Position numbers and translations under genes: made by a program. The notes beneath the pieces were generated by a model that was given only the letters and a program-made list of their open reading frames with translations, did no database searches and was not told where the DNA came from. From a virus (Duplodnaviria; Heunggongvirae; Uroviricota; Caudoviricetes), in IMG/VR virus record IMGVR_UViG_3300011187_000002: a stretch of 64,000 bases of DNA. One strand, written 5' to 3'. Below are positions 8,964 to 17,934 of the stretch, in pieces. Each line of letters begins with the position of its first letter. Position 1 is the first letter of the stretch.

Positions 8964-10039
8964 TATATCACCTGTGGCTTGCGATCGAAATAAATCCGCT
9001 TCGACTCTAACAGCGCCTTGTACATGTGCTTACATACAAAGTTGTTGTTTTCAGGATCTCGGATCTGCGGGGTGTCCAAGGTGCCCCGTGGGTTCTTCGG
9101 CGAATAAAGGTAGTCACCCTTGTATGCGTGGTATTCACTACCCCCGTATCGCCAATGTGGACATGAACAAGACAGCTTCACGTCCGCTTCCCAATAGTGT
9201 CGCTGATCCTCGTCCTCTGGAGGGACCGCCCGAATCTTAACCGTGTAGGTCTTGTTCCCGCTGGTCGCCTTGTACGTAAGGGTGTTCGTTATCTGGTTGT
9301 GATCGCTTTGAAGAAGGCTAACGTCGTTAGCGCGCCGTTCAATGTCACCATCCAACCCTTGGATGATTTCAGTAATCTTCTTGGCCTGTTTAAGCCTCGA
9401 AAACGAAACGCGCACGGGACGGTACTTTAACAGGTACCCCGCAATCACCTCGTGGATCAAAGACTTATCCATTAGTGGGGTGCTGACCTCAACTTCCGGC
9501 AACATATCTTGCGTGATTTCAGGCTTAGTCACGTCCACAGATAGGTCCGAGAAGTCTGTCTCAGCGGGTGGAGGTACTTCGGAGTTAAGCCCCTCGTCGT
9601 CCACCACTTTATCATTGTCGTCGATATAGGTAGGGAGGCCCTGCATCTCTTGGACGTCAACCGTAAGTTCCGCCAAGCGACTCATGTGCTCCAAAGCCAC
9701 ACGACGTGCAACCTTTTCACCCTTGAGGGCCTTATCCAATTCTTTGCGAACAGCCGGGTTAAGGTCGTCAGCGGCGCTCGTAAGCCCGAGCTTCTCTACG
9801 ATGTATGATATCACCGCCATCTGATCCTGCATGTCCTCTAGAGCCGCCTGATAGAGGAAAATCATGTCCCCGGCTTCCTTGTAGATGTGGTCCTTTTTCT
9901 CGGACTCATCCACTAGCGAAATAGCCCGCTCAGTGAGATCTCCTAGTTTGGAGAGATCAATGCGGGCTTCGGAGACGGCCTTTTGCAAATGATCGCAAAG
10001 GACACGGGACAGGTATTTTTTGGCGACCTTACGGTGCAT
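8963..10039 (-). CDS. SWIM-type zinc-finger protein with RKVAKKYL leader
   Basis: LSCSCPHW...VCKH (CxC...CxH). Confidence 0.7.
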   Translation of the reverse strand: MHRKVAKKYLSRVLCDHLQKAVSEARIDLSKLGDLTERAISLVDESEKKDHIYKEAGDMIFLYQAALEDMQDQMAVISYIVEKLGLTSAADDLNPAVRKELDKALKGEKVARRVALEHMSRLAELTVDVQEMQGLPTYIDDNDKVVDDEGLNSEVPPPAETDFSDLSVDVTKPEITQDMLPEVEVSTPLMDKSLIHEVIAGYLLKYRPVRVSFSRLKQAKKITEIIQGLDGDIERRANDVSLLQSDHNQITNTLTYKATSGNKTYTVKIRAVPPEDEDQRHYWEADVKLSCSCPHWRYGGSEYHAYKGDYLYSPKNPRGTLDTPQIRDPENNNFVCKHMYKALLESKRIYFDRKPQVI

Positions 10040-10052
10040 TAAAACATCCTTG

Positions 10053-10080
10053 ATGGGGGACCCCCGAAGGAGCCCCCCAT
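10053..10080 (-). other. 12-bp RNA hairpin with cUUCGg tetraloop (stabiliser or processing site)
   Basis: AUGGGGGGCUCC-UUCG-GGGGUCCCCCAU; no U-tract follows. Confidence 0.6.
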
Positions 10081-10086
10081 GTTTAA

Positions 10087-11070
10087 TTAGTCACCAAGGT
10101 TCAGATTCGGGAACTGCTTGGCAATATGCTTTTTCATCGCGCTCGACTCAACCGCATATACCGTGCAAACGAAAAGCGGGTTACCGTTCTCGTCAAGGTT
10201 CTTGAGCTTGGTTTTCCAGTGCTGACCGAAATCCCAATCAAAGTTCGGCATCATCTGACGTGCAAAGGCCAGACGGGAATCCTTGTTGGTAACGTTGAAA
10301 TCCTCTTCCGTCGCCTCAACCTCTTGCGAAGTGTTGGCTACGACCGGAGCATCGTTACCGTCCCAGACACCTTCGGGAAGGCTGTCTTGGGTTGAAGAAT
10401 TCGTGGTATCAGCGGCGGTCTGAGAAACGCCGTCCGTGCTGAACTGAATGCCTTCACGAATTTGCTTTTGCTGTTGCTTGGCAGCAACCTGCTTCTTCAA
10501 GTCGGCAATCTCACGCGCCATCTTACGGCGCTCAAGCTCCTTGAAATGGGCTGCCTTGTCGTTGCGCTGGGGGCCTTCTTCCATCTGACGAATAGCGTTG
10601 TGACTCAGCTTATCGATCCGGGTTGATTCCGACTTCGAGGCTTCACCTGCTTTCGTCTTGAAAGCAACGCCACCAACTTCTTCGCCACCCTGCGCGCTCA
10701 CCACACCGCTACCTTGACGGTGGTTGCCTTCGCGGAAATTCTCAATCGTGCTAACCTCACGCTCCTCATCGGCCATAGTCGCCGTGCTGGCTACTACATC
10801 TTCGCCTTGAGGGGTTGCGGCACGCATGTTGATATTGGCTGCTACGGGCTTGAAATCAGATCCACCACCAATACCCAACTCCTCAGCCGAGATCAACCAC
10901 TTGGCTTCGATAGCGGATACAAGACGTGGGAAATTATACTCTCGACCCTCGATCTTGGCGATACTTCCATCGTATTCTACGACGGTGCCTTTAGCGACGA
11001 CGATGTTGTTTTCCTTGTCCTGCCCGATGTTGAACTTCGTTGCAGCAATGTACTCTTCGAACTCAGCCAT
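10087..11070 (-). CDS. Hypothetical protein
   Basis: Start MAEFEE after GAAGGAG; late-promoter-like motif 57 nt upstream. Confidence 0.7.
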   Translation of the reverse strand: MAEFEEYIAATKFNIGQDKENNIVVAKGTVVEYDGSIAKIEGREYNFPRLVSAIEAKWLISAEELGIGGGSDFKPVAANINMRAATPQGEDVVASTATMADEEREVSTIENFREGNHRQGSGVVSAQGGEEVGGVAFKTKAGEASKSESTRIDKLSHNAIRQMEEGPQRNDKAAHFKELERRKMAREIADLKKQVAAKQQQKQIREGIQFSTDGVSQTAADTTNSSTQDSLPEGVWDGNDAPVVANTSQEVEATEEDFNVTNKDSRLAFARQMMPNFDWDFGQHWKTKLKNLDENGNPLFVCTVYAVESSAMKKHIAKQFPNLNLGD

Positions 11071-11126
11071 GATGTACTCCTTCAACTCGAAAGTAGTTCC
11101 GTTGCGGAAATCGCACTTACATTTTC

Positions 11127-11139
11127 TATAAAACGATTA
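11127..11139 (-). promoter_or_regulatory. Candidate phage late promoter TAATCGTTTTATA
   Basis: Matches recurrent intergenic motif TAAT-N3-YTTRTM. Confidence 0.55.
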
Positions 11140-11163
11140 CCGCTTTTGGAGGGTACCGAGCCG

Positions 11164-12174
11164 TCAGGAGATCATGTGAGCGCAGTTGTAAAGACCATCG
11201 GCTACAGAATCATAGCCTAATGCCTTAACTGTGTGTCCAAGCCAACCTATAGAATTAGCCGCTGTCGGGACGAGATCTTGGGGGTTTTCATCAAAGGCGG
11301 CCCTAAAGACTTCACACGCATTGATGAGTTCGCGGGCGTCCACCATCGCTTCAACCCACTTGATCGTTTTTTGGGGAACACCGTTGACCAGTAAAAGCAA
11401 TTTTTGACGCACCAAGGAAGCTACGTCGTGGAGTCCAGCATGATCTAGGAAAGTTGCTAGTGTGTGGGTTCCAAAAGTGAACAGCGCCCACCGCACGTCC
11501 TCCGAATCCGGCATGGTATCGGAGATCGTGTATAGAAGGGTGCGGGCGTCTTCAGCGAGGTCCATGTCCTTTACGGCAGCCGTCACCGAAGAGTGCATGG
11601 TGCCCATATCCAGATCACCGTTACCAAATGGCCGAACCAAACGACGGGCCTTCAAAAAGTCACCGTCTAGGTATTCGATCCAACCAAACACGTTGGTAGG
11701 GTTCTTGAGCTTTTCCTCGGCGAAACCCTCTTGGGTAAATTTGGCGTGCCGCATTCCGATCGCATTCACGAAACCGGCATTCAGAGTGAGTGTGATATCA
11801 CTTTCGAATTCATCGTCACTTGGGGCTACGCGCACGTCCATATAGAAACGCGGGGCAAGGGGTTCCGTGGTGTCTTTCAGGACAATGTATTTAGAAACCA
11901 CATTGTACTGGACCCCATCCCCACGTTCCAACGCCGACTCTTCGAAATCGACCTTCCGTCCAATTGCTTGATAGAGGTACATTTCGTATTCACGACGAAA
12001 CCCTCTGATCTTTTTGCTCAGACGCTCCGCCTGTTTTTGCAAGGCGTTCATGCGTCTACGGCTATCACCCTGCAGGTTGCAATTAGACATAGCACGGCGC
12101 ACACACCCCTCAAGCTCCTTGCGAAGTTGGGGGTGCGAATACGCCTGTTGTGCTAGCTGGTCAAGATCACTCAT
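11164..12174 (-). CDS. Hypothetical protein with weak leader motif
   Basis: MSDLDQLAQQAYSHPQLRKEL. Confidence 0.65.
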   Translation of the reverse strand: MSDLDQLAQQAYSHPQLRKELEGCVRRAMSNCNLQGDSRRRMNALQKQAERLSKKIRGFRREYEMYLYQAIGRKVDFEESALERGDGVQYNVVSKYIVLKDTTEPLAPRFYMDVRVAPSDDEFESDITLTLNAGFVNAIGMRHAKFTQEGFAEEKLKNPTNVFGWIEYLDGDFLKARRLVRPFGNGDLDMGTMHSSVTAAVKDMDLAEDARTLLYTISDTMPDSEDVRWALFTFGTHTLATFLDHAGLHDVASLVRQKLLLLVNGVPQKTIKWVEAMVDARELINACEVFRAAFDENPQDLVPTAANSIGWLGHTVKALGYDSVADGLYNCAHMIS

Positions 12175-13052
12175 TAAGCGGTCTCGTGCATTAGTTTCTC
12201 GTACTCACGCTCCCAACCGGACGGGCGGCTACCCATCACGCCGAGATAAAGGAGGGTACCCTTTTTCGGGCTGTAAGCACGCCACTTCGAAGTCCGCTGT
12301 TGCGGGTTGATCTTGAAGTAGAAGTTGCCTTGCTTGCTGTAGGCAGCCATCTGGGGAACACCGGAGTAGTAATAAGGTACTCGGTCTTCACCAACCTGAT
12401 CACCGCGCTCGATGTAGTTCTCTACCTCTTGCATCGCTTCTTGTGTGGGCGGACGCTCCTTGGAACTGAAATAAATCATCTCCAACATCCGGCCACTGCT
12501 TTTCATGTCGTAGCTGGAATCATCCTTGTAAATACCCACGCCTCGGGCTTTCATCGCATCTGGAATGCGCACAGGTGCTCCGCTCCCGAATTGAACAAGC
12601 GCATCTCCGTGATCACTATCATCGCTCAGAGACGAATCTTCACGGGGCGTCTTTACGACGGTACCAACCTTCTGGTCAAACTTCTTGTAGATATCCATCG
12701 TATGGCCGATCTTGTGCTTCTTCGCTTTGATCTTGACCATATCGCCCACCTGAAAACGGGGGCCGCCACGCGATTGCGACGCAGGAGCCCGAGTTTCCAG
12801 ATTGAAAGTACGCTCCAGCATATCCTGTGCATCCTTTTCCGACACTGGACTACGTTTCTGGGTCAGCGTAACCCAGTTGATGAAACGCACCGTATCTTCC
12901 GAATATGCAATCTTGTTCCGGGAAGCTACACGGGTTTGGCGCATCTCCGCATAGATGGAATCCAGAACAGGACCCCAATCTTCACGGAGATCCGGGTTCT
13001 TAGAAGCGAATTTCAACAGACCGTCATACATGTTAGGCAGGTAAAGCGACAT
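12174..13052 (-). CDS. Leader-motif protein with KOW/SH3-like segment
   Basis: GLLKFASKNPDLREDWGPVL...TRVAS..KIA; RFQVGDMVKI. Confidence 0.65.
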   Translation of the reverse strand: MSLYLPNMYDGLLKFASKNPDLREDWGPVLDSIYAEMRQTRVASRNKIAYSEDTVRFINWVTLTQKRSPVSEKDAQDMLERTFNLETRAPASQSRGGPRFQVGDMVKIKAKKHKIGHTMDIYKKFDQKVGTVVKTPREDSSLSDDSDHGDALVQFGSGAPVRIPDAMKARGVGIYKDDSSYDMKSSGRMLEMIYFSSKERPPTQEAMQEVENYIERGDQVGEDRVPYYYSGVPQMAAYSKQGNFYFKINPQQRTSKWRAYSPKKGTLLYLGVMGSRPSGWEREYEKLMHETA

Positions 13053-13063
13053 CGTGATCTCCT

Positions 13064-13624
13064 TTATTGGGTTCTTTGTCTCAGAAGGTAAACAGCGGTT
13101 TCATGGTCGCTGGCTAGGGCCATAATAAAATCGTCCATCCCAAGGGAAAGCGTACCCATTTCATCTAAGAAAGTGTACAGGTCCTTGAGCATGATCTGGA
13201 AGTCCTCTTCGGCGGCCAATGATCGGGTAAGGTAATGGTCACTTCGCTTTTCCCAATCGTTGATATAAAAAGACATGTGGGCTAGTTGGCTTGCAGGGTC
13301 AATCGACCCGGCCCCATACATAGACGTAATCTTTTCAGCCAGAGTATCCATCTCATCATCCACGGCTTCGTACAGACGCTGCAGCAACAGATGATCACCG
13401 TAGTAAGGATCACCATGCGCGTTCCAATGTCCGTTTTGATGCACCACCTGAAGGGCACGGAGCATCGCCAAGGTATCCAATAAGGCTTCCAAGGATTCGT
13501 GGCTAGGTTCCGGCTGAGTCTCAGAGCGGAAATCGAGCTTGAGGACCTTCAGGAGATCCTCTTGTAGCTTGGGATTTTCGTAAGCGAACCGAATGATTCG
13601 CTCACGCAAAGGGTGTTCCGACAT
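13064..13624 (-). CDS. dps: Dps-family ferritin-like protein fused to leader motif
   Basis: HQNGHWNAHG..YYGDHLLLQRLY...DEMDTLAEK retains the Dps ferroxidase H, H, D, E; N-terminal LRERIIRFAYENPKLQEDLL. Confidence 0.85.
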   Translation of the reverse strand: MSEHPLRERIIRFAYENPKLQEDLLKVLKLDFRSETQPEPSHESLEALLDTLAMLRALQVVHQNGHWNAHGDPYYGDHLLLQRLYEAVDDEMDTLAEKITSMYGAGSIDPASQLAHMSFYINDWEKRSDHYLTRSLAAEEDFQIMLKDLYTFLDEMGTLSLGMDDFIMALASDHETAVYLLRQRTQ

Positions 13625-13669
13625 TTCAGCACTCCAACGGATGGTGCAACGTTACCACTCAAGCCAGAG

Positions 13670-13682
13670 GACAAAAACATTA
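13670..13682 (-). promoter_or_regulatory. Candidate late promoter TAATGTTTTTGTC
   Basis: 46 nt upstream of dps, back-to-back with the plus-strand sigma70 promoter. Confidence 0.5.
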
Positions 13683-13690
13683 TCGGATTT

Positions 13691-13719
13691 TTGACAGCGC
13701 GGGATCTCTAGGGTATAGT
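13691..13719 (+). promoter_or_regulatory. Host sigma70-type promoter
   Basis: TTGACA-N17-TATAGT. Confidence 0.85.
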
Positions 13720-13760
13720 CTAGTGGAAGAGGGAAACAACACGAACCAAGGAGACACAAC

Positions 13761-14069
13761 ATGGCTATCGAGTTTTTCGTTGGCAAGACCTTTGATCGCA
13801 TCCCTAACCCGGAAGGTCGAGATCGTATGGTACGCATCTTCAAAGTAGTCGGTTACGATCTCGAGGATGATACGGTCGAGTTCATTCACGAACACGATTT
13901 CGATTGTGAAGAGGTCGCCGAAGATTTTTTGGAAGATGTGGAAACCGCCGATCTGGATCGGGACCACGTGGAAAAGTCCCCACATTGGGAAGTGGGTAAG
14001 CGTGATACCCGTTCAACCGAAGAGAAGTTTCAAGAGACGGCTCAGTGGGAACGCCGACAGCAAGGTTAA
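13761..14069 (+). CDS. Hypothetical acidic early protein
   Basis: Strong SD AAGGAG; directly downstream of the sigma70 promoter. Confidence 0.8.
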   Translation: MAIEFFVGKTFDRIPNPEGRDRMVRIFKVVGYDLEDDTVEFIHEHDFDCEEVAEDFLEDVETADLDRDHVEKSPHWEVGKRDTRSTEEKFQETAQWERRQQG

Positions 14070-14070
14070 T

Positions 14071-14112
14071 TTGACGGACCACGTACCCTTTGGTATAGAG
14101 GATACGTGGTCC
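14071..14112 (+). promoter_or_regulatory. Sigma70 promoter embedded in a 10-bp inverted repeat
   Basis: TTGACG-N17-TATAGA; IR GGACCACGTA (14076-85)/TACGTGGTCC (14103-12). Confidence 0.75.
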
Positions 14113-14137
14113 AATACTACTAGCTACCGGAAAGGCA

Positions 14138-14413
14138 ATGACCAACAAAGAGAAAGTCCAGCAAGTTCGTAGTACCCTCGAATCGCTTTGTAGCGATAAC
14201 ATGCAGATAAAGCACACGAGTTCATCGGGTTTTTCGTTTTATCGCACCTATGAAAATGAACAACTCGACGACGAACTGGTTGCATTTACGCATTTCACGA
14301 GCGACTATGGGCTGCACGTAATTATCGAAGGGTCACATTCTTTCGATATGGACGTGGAACTGGTAGCTATGGCGTGCCGTAGTGCTAAATGTCCACACCT
14401 GACCCGCTATTGA
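14138..14413 (+). CDS. Hypothetical early protein
   Basis: SD GAAAGG; follows the promoter at 14071. Confidence 0.7.
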   Translation: MTNKEKVQQVRSTLESLCSDNMQIKHTSSSGFSFYRTYENEQLDDELVAFTHFTSDYGLHVIIEGSHSFDMDVELVAMACRSAKCPHLTRY

Positions 14414-14415
14414 AC

Positions 14416-15003
14416 ATGCCCAAAAAATACAAGCGTAAGATGGCCAAAAAACGCAAACTTCCCAACCGCGTGAACTTCGGTGTAGGATGCTACAACCCGA
14501 GTAATAAAGTGCGGCTGGAACTGAAACCGGAATGGGACGAACCCAAGGCATCTAAAAAGTGCCCCGGTTGCGACGGGAAAGGCCGCTACGCAGGTTTGCG
14601 TGTACTCGAAGACCCCTGCAAACAATGTGGCGGGTCCGGGAAAGTAGCCAACAAAAGTAGCCGACTTCCCGACGACATACGCACATCCCTCTACACCGGG
14701 AAAGATATGATGGTGCGGTGGTTCAGGGATATCAACAAATACATGCGCTCGGGTACCGGTAGAAACATCCGGCTGGTTTTCGAACTACCAAAGAACGGCG
14801 AAAAGCATCCCCTCATGGTTTGTGTGGGGGATGCTCCCGACCAAGACTTTCCGTTGGGTTGGGCGGCCCCTTACCGCAAGTACACCAAAGATGAAAGCCC
14901 TCGGATCTTGTCCGAAAAAATACTCAACTCCAGCGAACGTCACAGGATGGTAAAGCAAATTACCCGTGACGACTTGCCTCCAGAGCTTAGAGACCTGCTT
15001 TAG
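14416..15003 (+). CDS. Basic protein with DnaJ-type zinc finger
   Basis: CPGCDGKG...CKQCGGSG (two CxxCxGxG); alternative start at 14389. Confidence 0.7.
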   Translation: MPKKYKRKMAKKRKLPNRVNFGVGCYNPSNKVRLELKPEWDEPKASKKCPGCDGKGRYAGLRVLEDPCKQCGGSGKVANKSSRLPDDIRTSLYTGKDMMVRWFRDINKYMRSGTGRNIRLVFELPKNGEKHPLMVCVGDAPDQDFPLGWAAPYRKYTKDESPRILSEKILNSSERHRMVKQITRDDLPPELRDLL

Positions 15004-15689
15004 TAGCCCATCTCGCTAATCATGATGGATGCAACCTTCTTGGCGAGGGCTTGCGTCCCTTGATTATCTTTGAGCTTACCCACCACTTTCGTGTCGCTTT
15101 GTAAAATCAACCGTGCGCCGTCGTAGTACAGCGTAAAGAACCCTGCGCGGAAACCGTTGCCCGTACTAGGGTCTTCTTCGTAAAAGACTACGGACGCCTC
15201 GTGGTAGCCGTCACGGCGTCTGGAGGTGTCTACACCATCGTCCTGTACGTTCGCATCCTGCGAAACCTTTTTCACGACCTCTTTGGCTGCGACATACAGT
15301 ACGTCGTGTAGGTACTCCGCGATCAGCGAAGCCGGTCCTCCGGGCATGGCTGTCTTGACCGAAGCGTTTCGTTGCTTTGCAAGAGGGCGTACAGAATCTT
15401 CACGCACGATGCGATAGGGGCTATCCGCATCGAACTGTACGGGAACCTTGCCGCTGTTCAGGGAATCAACCCCGTGCATACCCCACAGATCAGCGGGAGG
15501 TACCCATGCCGACATCCAAGTACCTCGGGTGATCTCCGCTTCTGCCCAACCACCACGCCAAGAACGACTTGGACCTTCCCAATACGGAAGGCCGTTTACT
15601 CTTTTGGCGGCCAGCAACTGTCGGATATGCGGGCGTAGGGCTTTGTTAGATGCCCCCAAACGAATCAACTTGGTATACAGATCAGCCAT
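15000..15689 (-). CDS. Leader-motif protein
   Basis: MADLYTKLIRLGASNKALRPHIRQLL; internal VKTAM. Confidence 0.75.
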   Translation of the reverse strand: MADLYTKLIRLGASNKALRPHIRQLLAAKRVNGLPYWEGPSRSWRGGWAEAEITRGTWMSAWVPPADLWGMHGVDSLNSGKVPVQFDADSPYRIVREDSVRPLAKQRNASVKTAMPGGPASLIAEYLHDVLYVAAKEVVKKVSQDANVQDDGVDTSRRRDGYHEASVVFYEEDPSTGNGFRAGFFTLYYDGARLILQSDTKVVGKLKDNQGTQALAKKVASIMISEMGY

Positions 15690-15692
15690 AGG

Positions 15693-16223
15693 TTATCCTA
15701 ATTTCTTTACGGTTTTGACAATGCCTTGCACCACGTGGGCATCCCGGTGCGTATCCAAATAGTAATCACCCCAACTCTCGTCCTTCATATACCGATCCCG
15801 ATCATCTCTGTATTCGGCCATGAGGTCCCCTTTACGATCGAGGAAAAGATGGACCGTAAAGGTTTCGGGGCCAGAACCACTAATCGTGTGGACCAGTAAA
15901 TGATCCTCATGTCGGTTAACGAAAAAGCCGATACGATCAAGGGCTGTCCACACCTCTTTAAGGATACCTTCGATGCGCCGTGCATCCATTCCAGAACCTG
16001 TACGCTCCAGTGCATGGATGATGGACTTCAGGTGGGGTCGTAGGTCTTCGTGAGAGGCCCCCAGCTTGATTAATTGGTCTTTTAGGGACACGGACGCCTC
16101 CTTGTTCTCGTAACGCGGCTCCGCGTATTCTGGATGCTCCTCGTACTGAGGACAATCGTCACGTTTGTTACGACGGGTATCCAGCAAACATCGCAATTTT
16201 GCCGACTCAAATGCTTCGGACAT
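15693..16223 (-). CDS. Leader-motif protein (motif internal)
   Basis: ENKEASVSLKDQLIKLGASHEDLRPHLKSII. Confidence 0.75.
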   Translation of the reverse strand: MSEAFESAKLRCLLDTRRNKRDDCPQYEEHPEYAEPRYENKEASVSLKDQLIKLGASHEDLRPHLKSIIHALERTGSGMDARRIEGILKEVWTALDRIGFFVNRHEDHLLVHTISGSGPETFTVHLFLDRKGDLMAEYRDDRDRYMKDESWGDYYLDTHRDAHVVQGIVKTVKKLG

Positions 16224-16262
16224 TAGGATCTCCTACGGTATAGTCTTCCATAGGACGAAGGC

Positions 16263-16275
16263 GACAAGTAAATTA
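16263..16275 (-). promoter_or_regulatory. Candidate late promoter TAATTTACTTGTC
   Basis: 40 nt upstream of the 16223 start; TAA is also the stop of the upstream gene. Confidence 0.45.
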
Positions 16276-16845
16276 TTGGCTTACTAAGACTTCCACAGCG
16301 GAGATCACATCTTCGGGTTGATCCGGGTCTTTACCTACTAGTTCGGCAATCGCCACATAGGCTTTACGCTTGGCGGCTTTCAGAGCGGGGCGTTCGATAC
16401 CAGCCAATTCGCATACCTTATCGGAAAGGGGTTCCCCCACTTTACGAAATACACCGCGAAGAGCGCCCTCCAGTGTAGAAGCCACCTCGGGCTTCGCGGA
16501 CTCACCACCATCTATATGATCTATGTTCCACCAATAGGTCGCTTTCCAGTTGCCCTTTACCTCACGAATTTCCACGCACTCCATACCCGCATCGAAATAG
16601 GTCATGTATTTACCGTACTCCTCGTACCATTCGAGATCGGTAAGGGCTTCCAAACGTTCATGCGTCGTCATACCTATGACGCCCGATTCCAAGCACTGTT
16701 CCATGAGGCCATTTTCTTCGATGATCTCCATTAGATCGGCACTGGACAGCTTGTTAAACTGTTTGATGGTTTTGTCACGGGCTTCACCTCTAATCGCGGG
16801 GTCTACAGCTAGCTCGACGATTGTTTCCCGGTCTTTGATTTCCAT
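16273..16845 (-). CDS. Hypothetical early protein
   Basis: SD TAGGAG; own sigma70 promoter, placed downstream of the capsid terminator. Confidence 0.75.
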   Translation of the reverse strand: MEIKDRETIVELAVDPAIRGEARDKTIKQFNKLSSADLMEIIEENGLMEQCLESGVIGMTTHERLEALTDLEWYEEYGKYMTYFDAGMECVEIREVKGNWKATYWWNIDHIDGGESAKPEVASTLEGALRGVFRKVGEPLSDKVCELAGIERPALKAAKRKAYVAIAELVGKDPDQPEDVISAVEVLVSQ

Positions 16846-16877
16846 ACGTACTCCTATAGCTAAATTAGGTAGACCAC

Positions 16878-16906
16878 ACTGTACGAGATCTGGAGGGATA
16901 CATCAA
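16878..16906 (-). promoter_or_regulatory. Host sigma70-type promoter
   Basis: TTGATG-N17-TACAGT on the minus strand. Confidence 0.65.
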
Positions 16907-16954
16907 GAGGGGTAAAGGTTTGGAGATCTAGGATCTGAGAATACACCCAGACAT

Positions 16955-16987
16955 AAAAAATCCCCGGCTGGAATTAACCAGCCGGGG
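16955..16987 (-). terminator. Rho-independent terminator of the capsid operon
   Basis: CCCCGGCTGG-TTAATT-CCAGCCGGGG followed by ATTTTTT. Confidence 0.9.
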
Positions 16988-17029
16988 TCGGTAGTGGCCC
17001 TAGACGGGCCTCATACAGGGAACATCAGC

Positions 17030-17917
17030 TTATCGCTGGACAACCAAGCGGACGAGGCCGCGTGGGTTGAATGCTCCGATACCGAGGTTCTCGAATACAG
17101 AGAAACCGATCGTGCGGGCACGAGGGTTGTCTGCGGAGAGCACGGTAAGCTCAGTACGGACGGGGATACGTCCGAACATCTCAGGCTCGCAACATACGTA
17201 TACGAAACCTGCGGGGACGAGGCGGCTCAGGATGATCTGGGCTCCCCAAAGGGTAGCCTGAAGACCGGTCTTGAGCAGGGTAGCCTGCGTCTCGATGTCG
17301 AGGATCTCACGACCGAACTTACGGATGTCCGCATAGTCCTTGGCGTGCATGTAGATTCGAGCAACACGAAGGTCGTGCTTTTCGATCTCGGCGAAGGCAT
17401 CGGCCAGAACAGCGGAACTGATCGGGGCAATAACCTGAAGGTCAGGGTTGACCTGTCCGGGGATCGAATCGAATCCGTTCGTAGCAATCGAATCCAGAAC
17501 GGCGAAGACACGCTCGTCTTCCGCTGCCTGAATCTGAGCTTTTGCAAGCTGCTGTGAACGCTCGATGAGGTCGAAGCGACGTTCCTTGATCTGCGTGATC
17601 GGAATCTCCGGGTTCGAAGCAATCTCGAACAAGGGGAAGATCACACGACGAGGCTTGGTGATAGCGAGAATGTTCTCGCCTTCTTCACCGACCACATAAG
17701 CGGTCACGTCGGGGTCTTTATCGTAGATCGGCAACGCTCCGTCAGGAAGTTGCTCGACTAAGAATGTGCGGCGTCCAACTGCCGAATAATCTCGGCGGCT
17801 GCGAAGCGGTTGGATCATCGAAGCAGCAAGTCTAGCTCGCCCTGCGGCGGTCTTGATGTGCCGACTAATGATCTCTTGCTTGGCCGCGTTATCCAATTGC
17901 GTGGTGTTGTCAGACAT
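17030..17917 (-). CDS. Major capsid protein (HK97 fold)
   Basis: Follows protease, scaffold and decoration genes; huge-phage MCP motifs RRDYSAVGRRTF, FEIASNP, ENLGIGAFNPRG; strong SD and terminator. Confidence 0.85.
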   Translation of the reverse strand: MSDNTTQLDNAAKQEIISRHIKTAAGRARLAASMIQPLRSRRDYSAVGRRTFLVEQLPDGALPIYDKDPDVTAYVVGEEGENILAITKPRRVIFPLFEIASNPEIPITQIKERRFDLIERSQQLAKAQIQAAEDERVFAVLDSIATNGFDSIPGQVNPDLQVIAPISSAVLADAFAEIEKHDLRVARIYMHAKDYADIRKFGREILDIETQATLLKTGLQATLWGAQIILSRLVPAGFVYVCCEPEMFGRIPVRTELTVLSADNPRARTIGFSVFENLGIGAFNPRGLVRLVVQR

Positions 17918-17934
17918 AAGTCTGGCTCCTTAGC

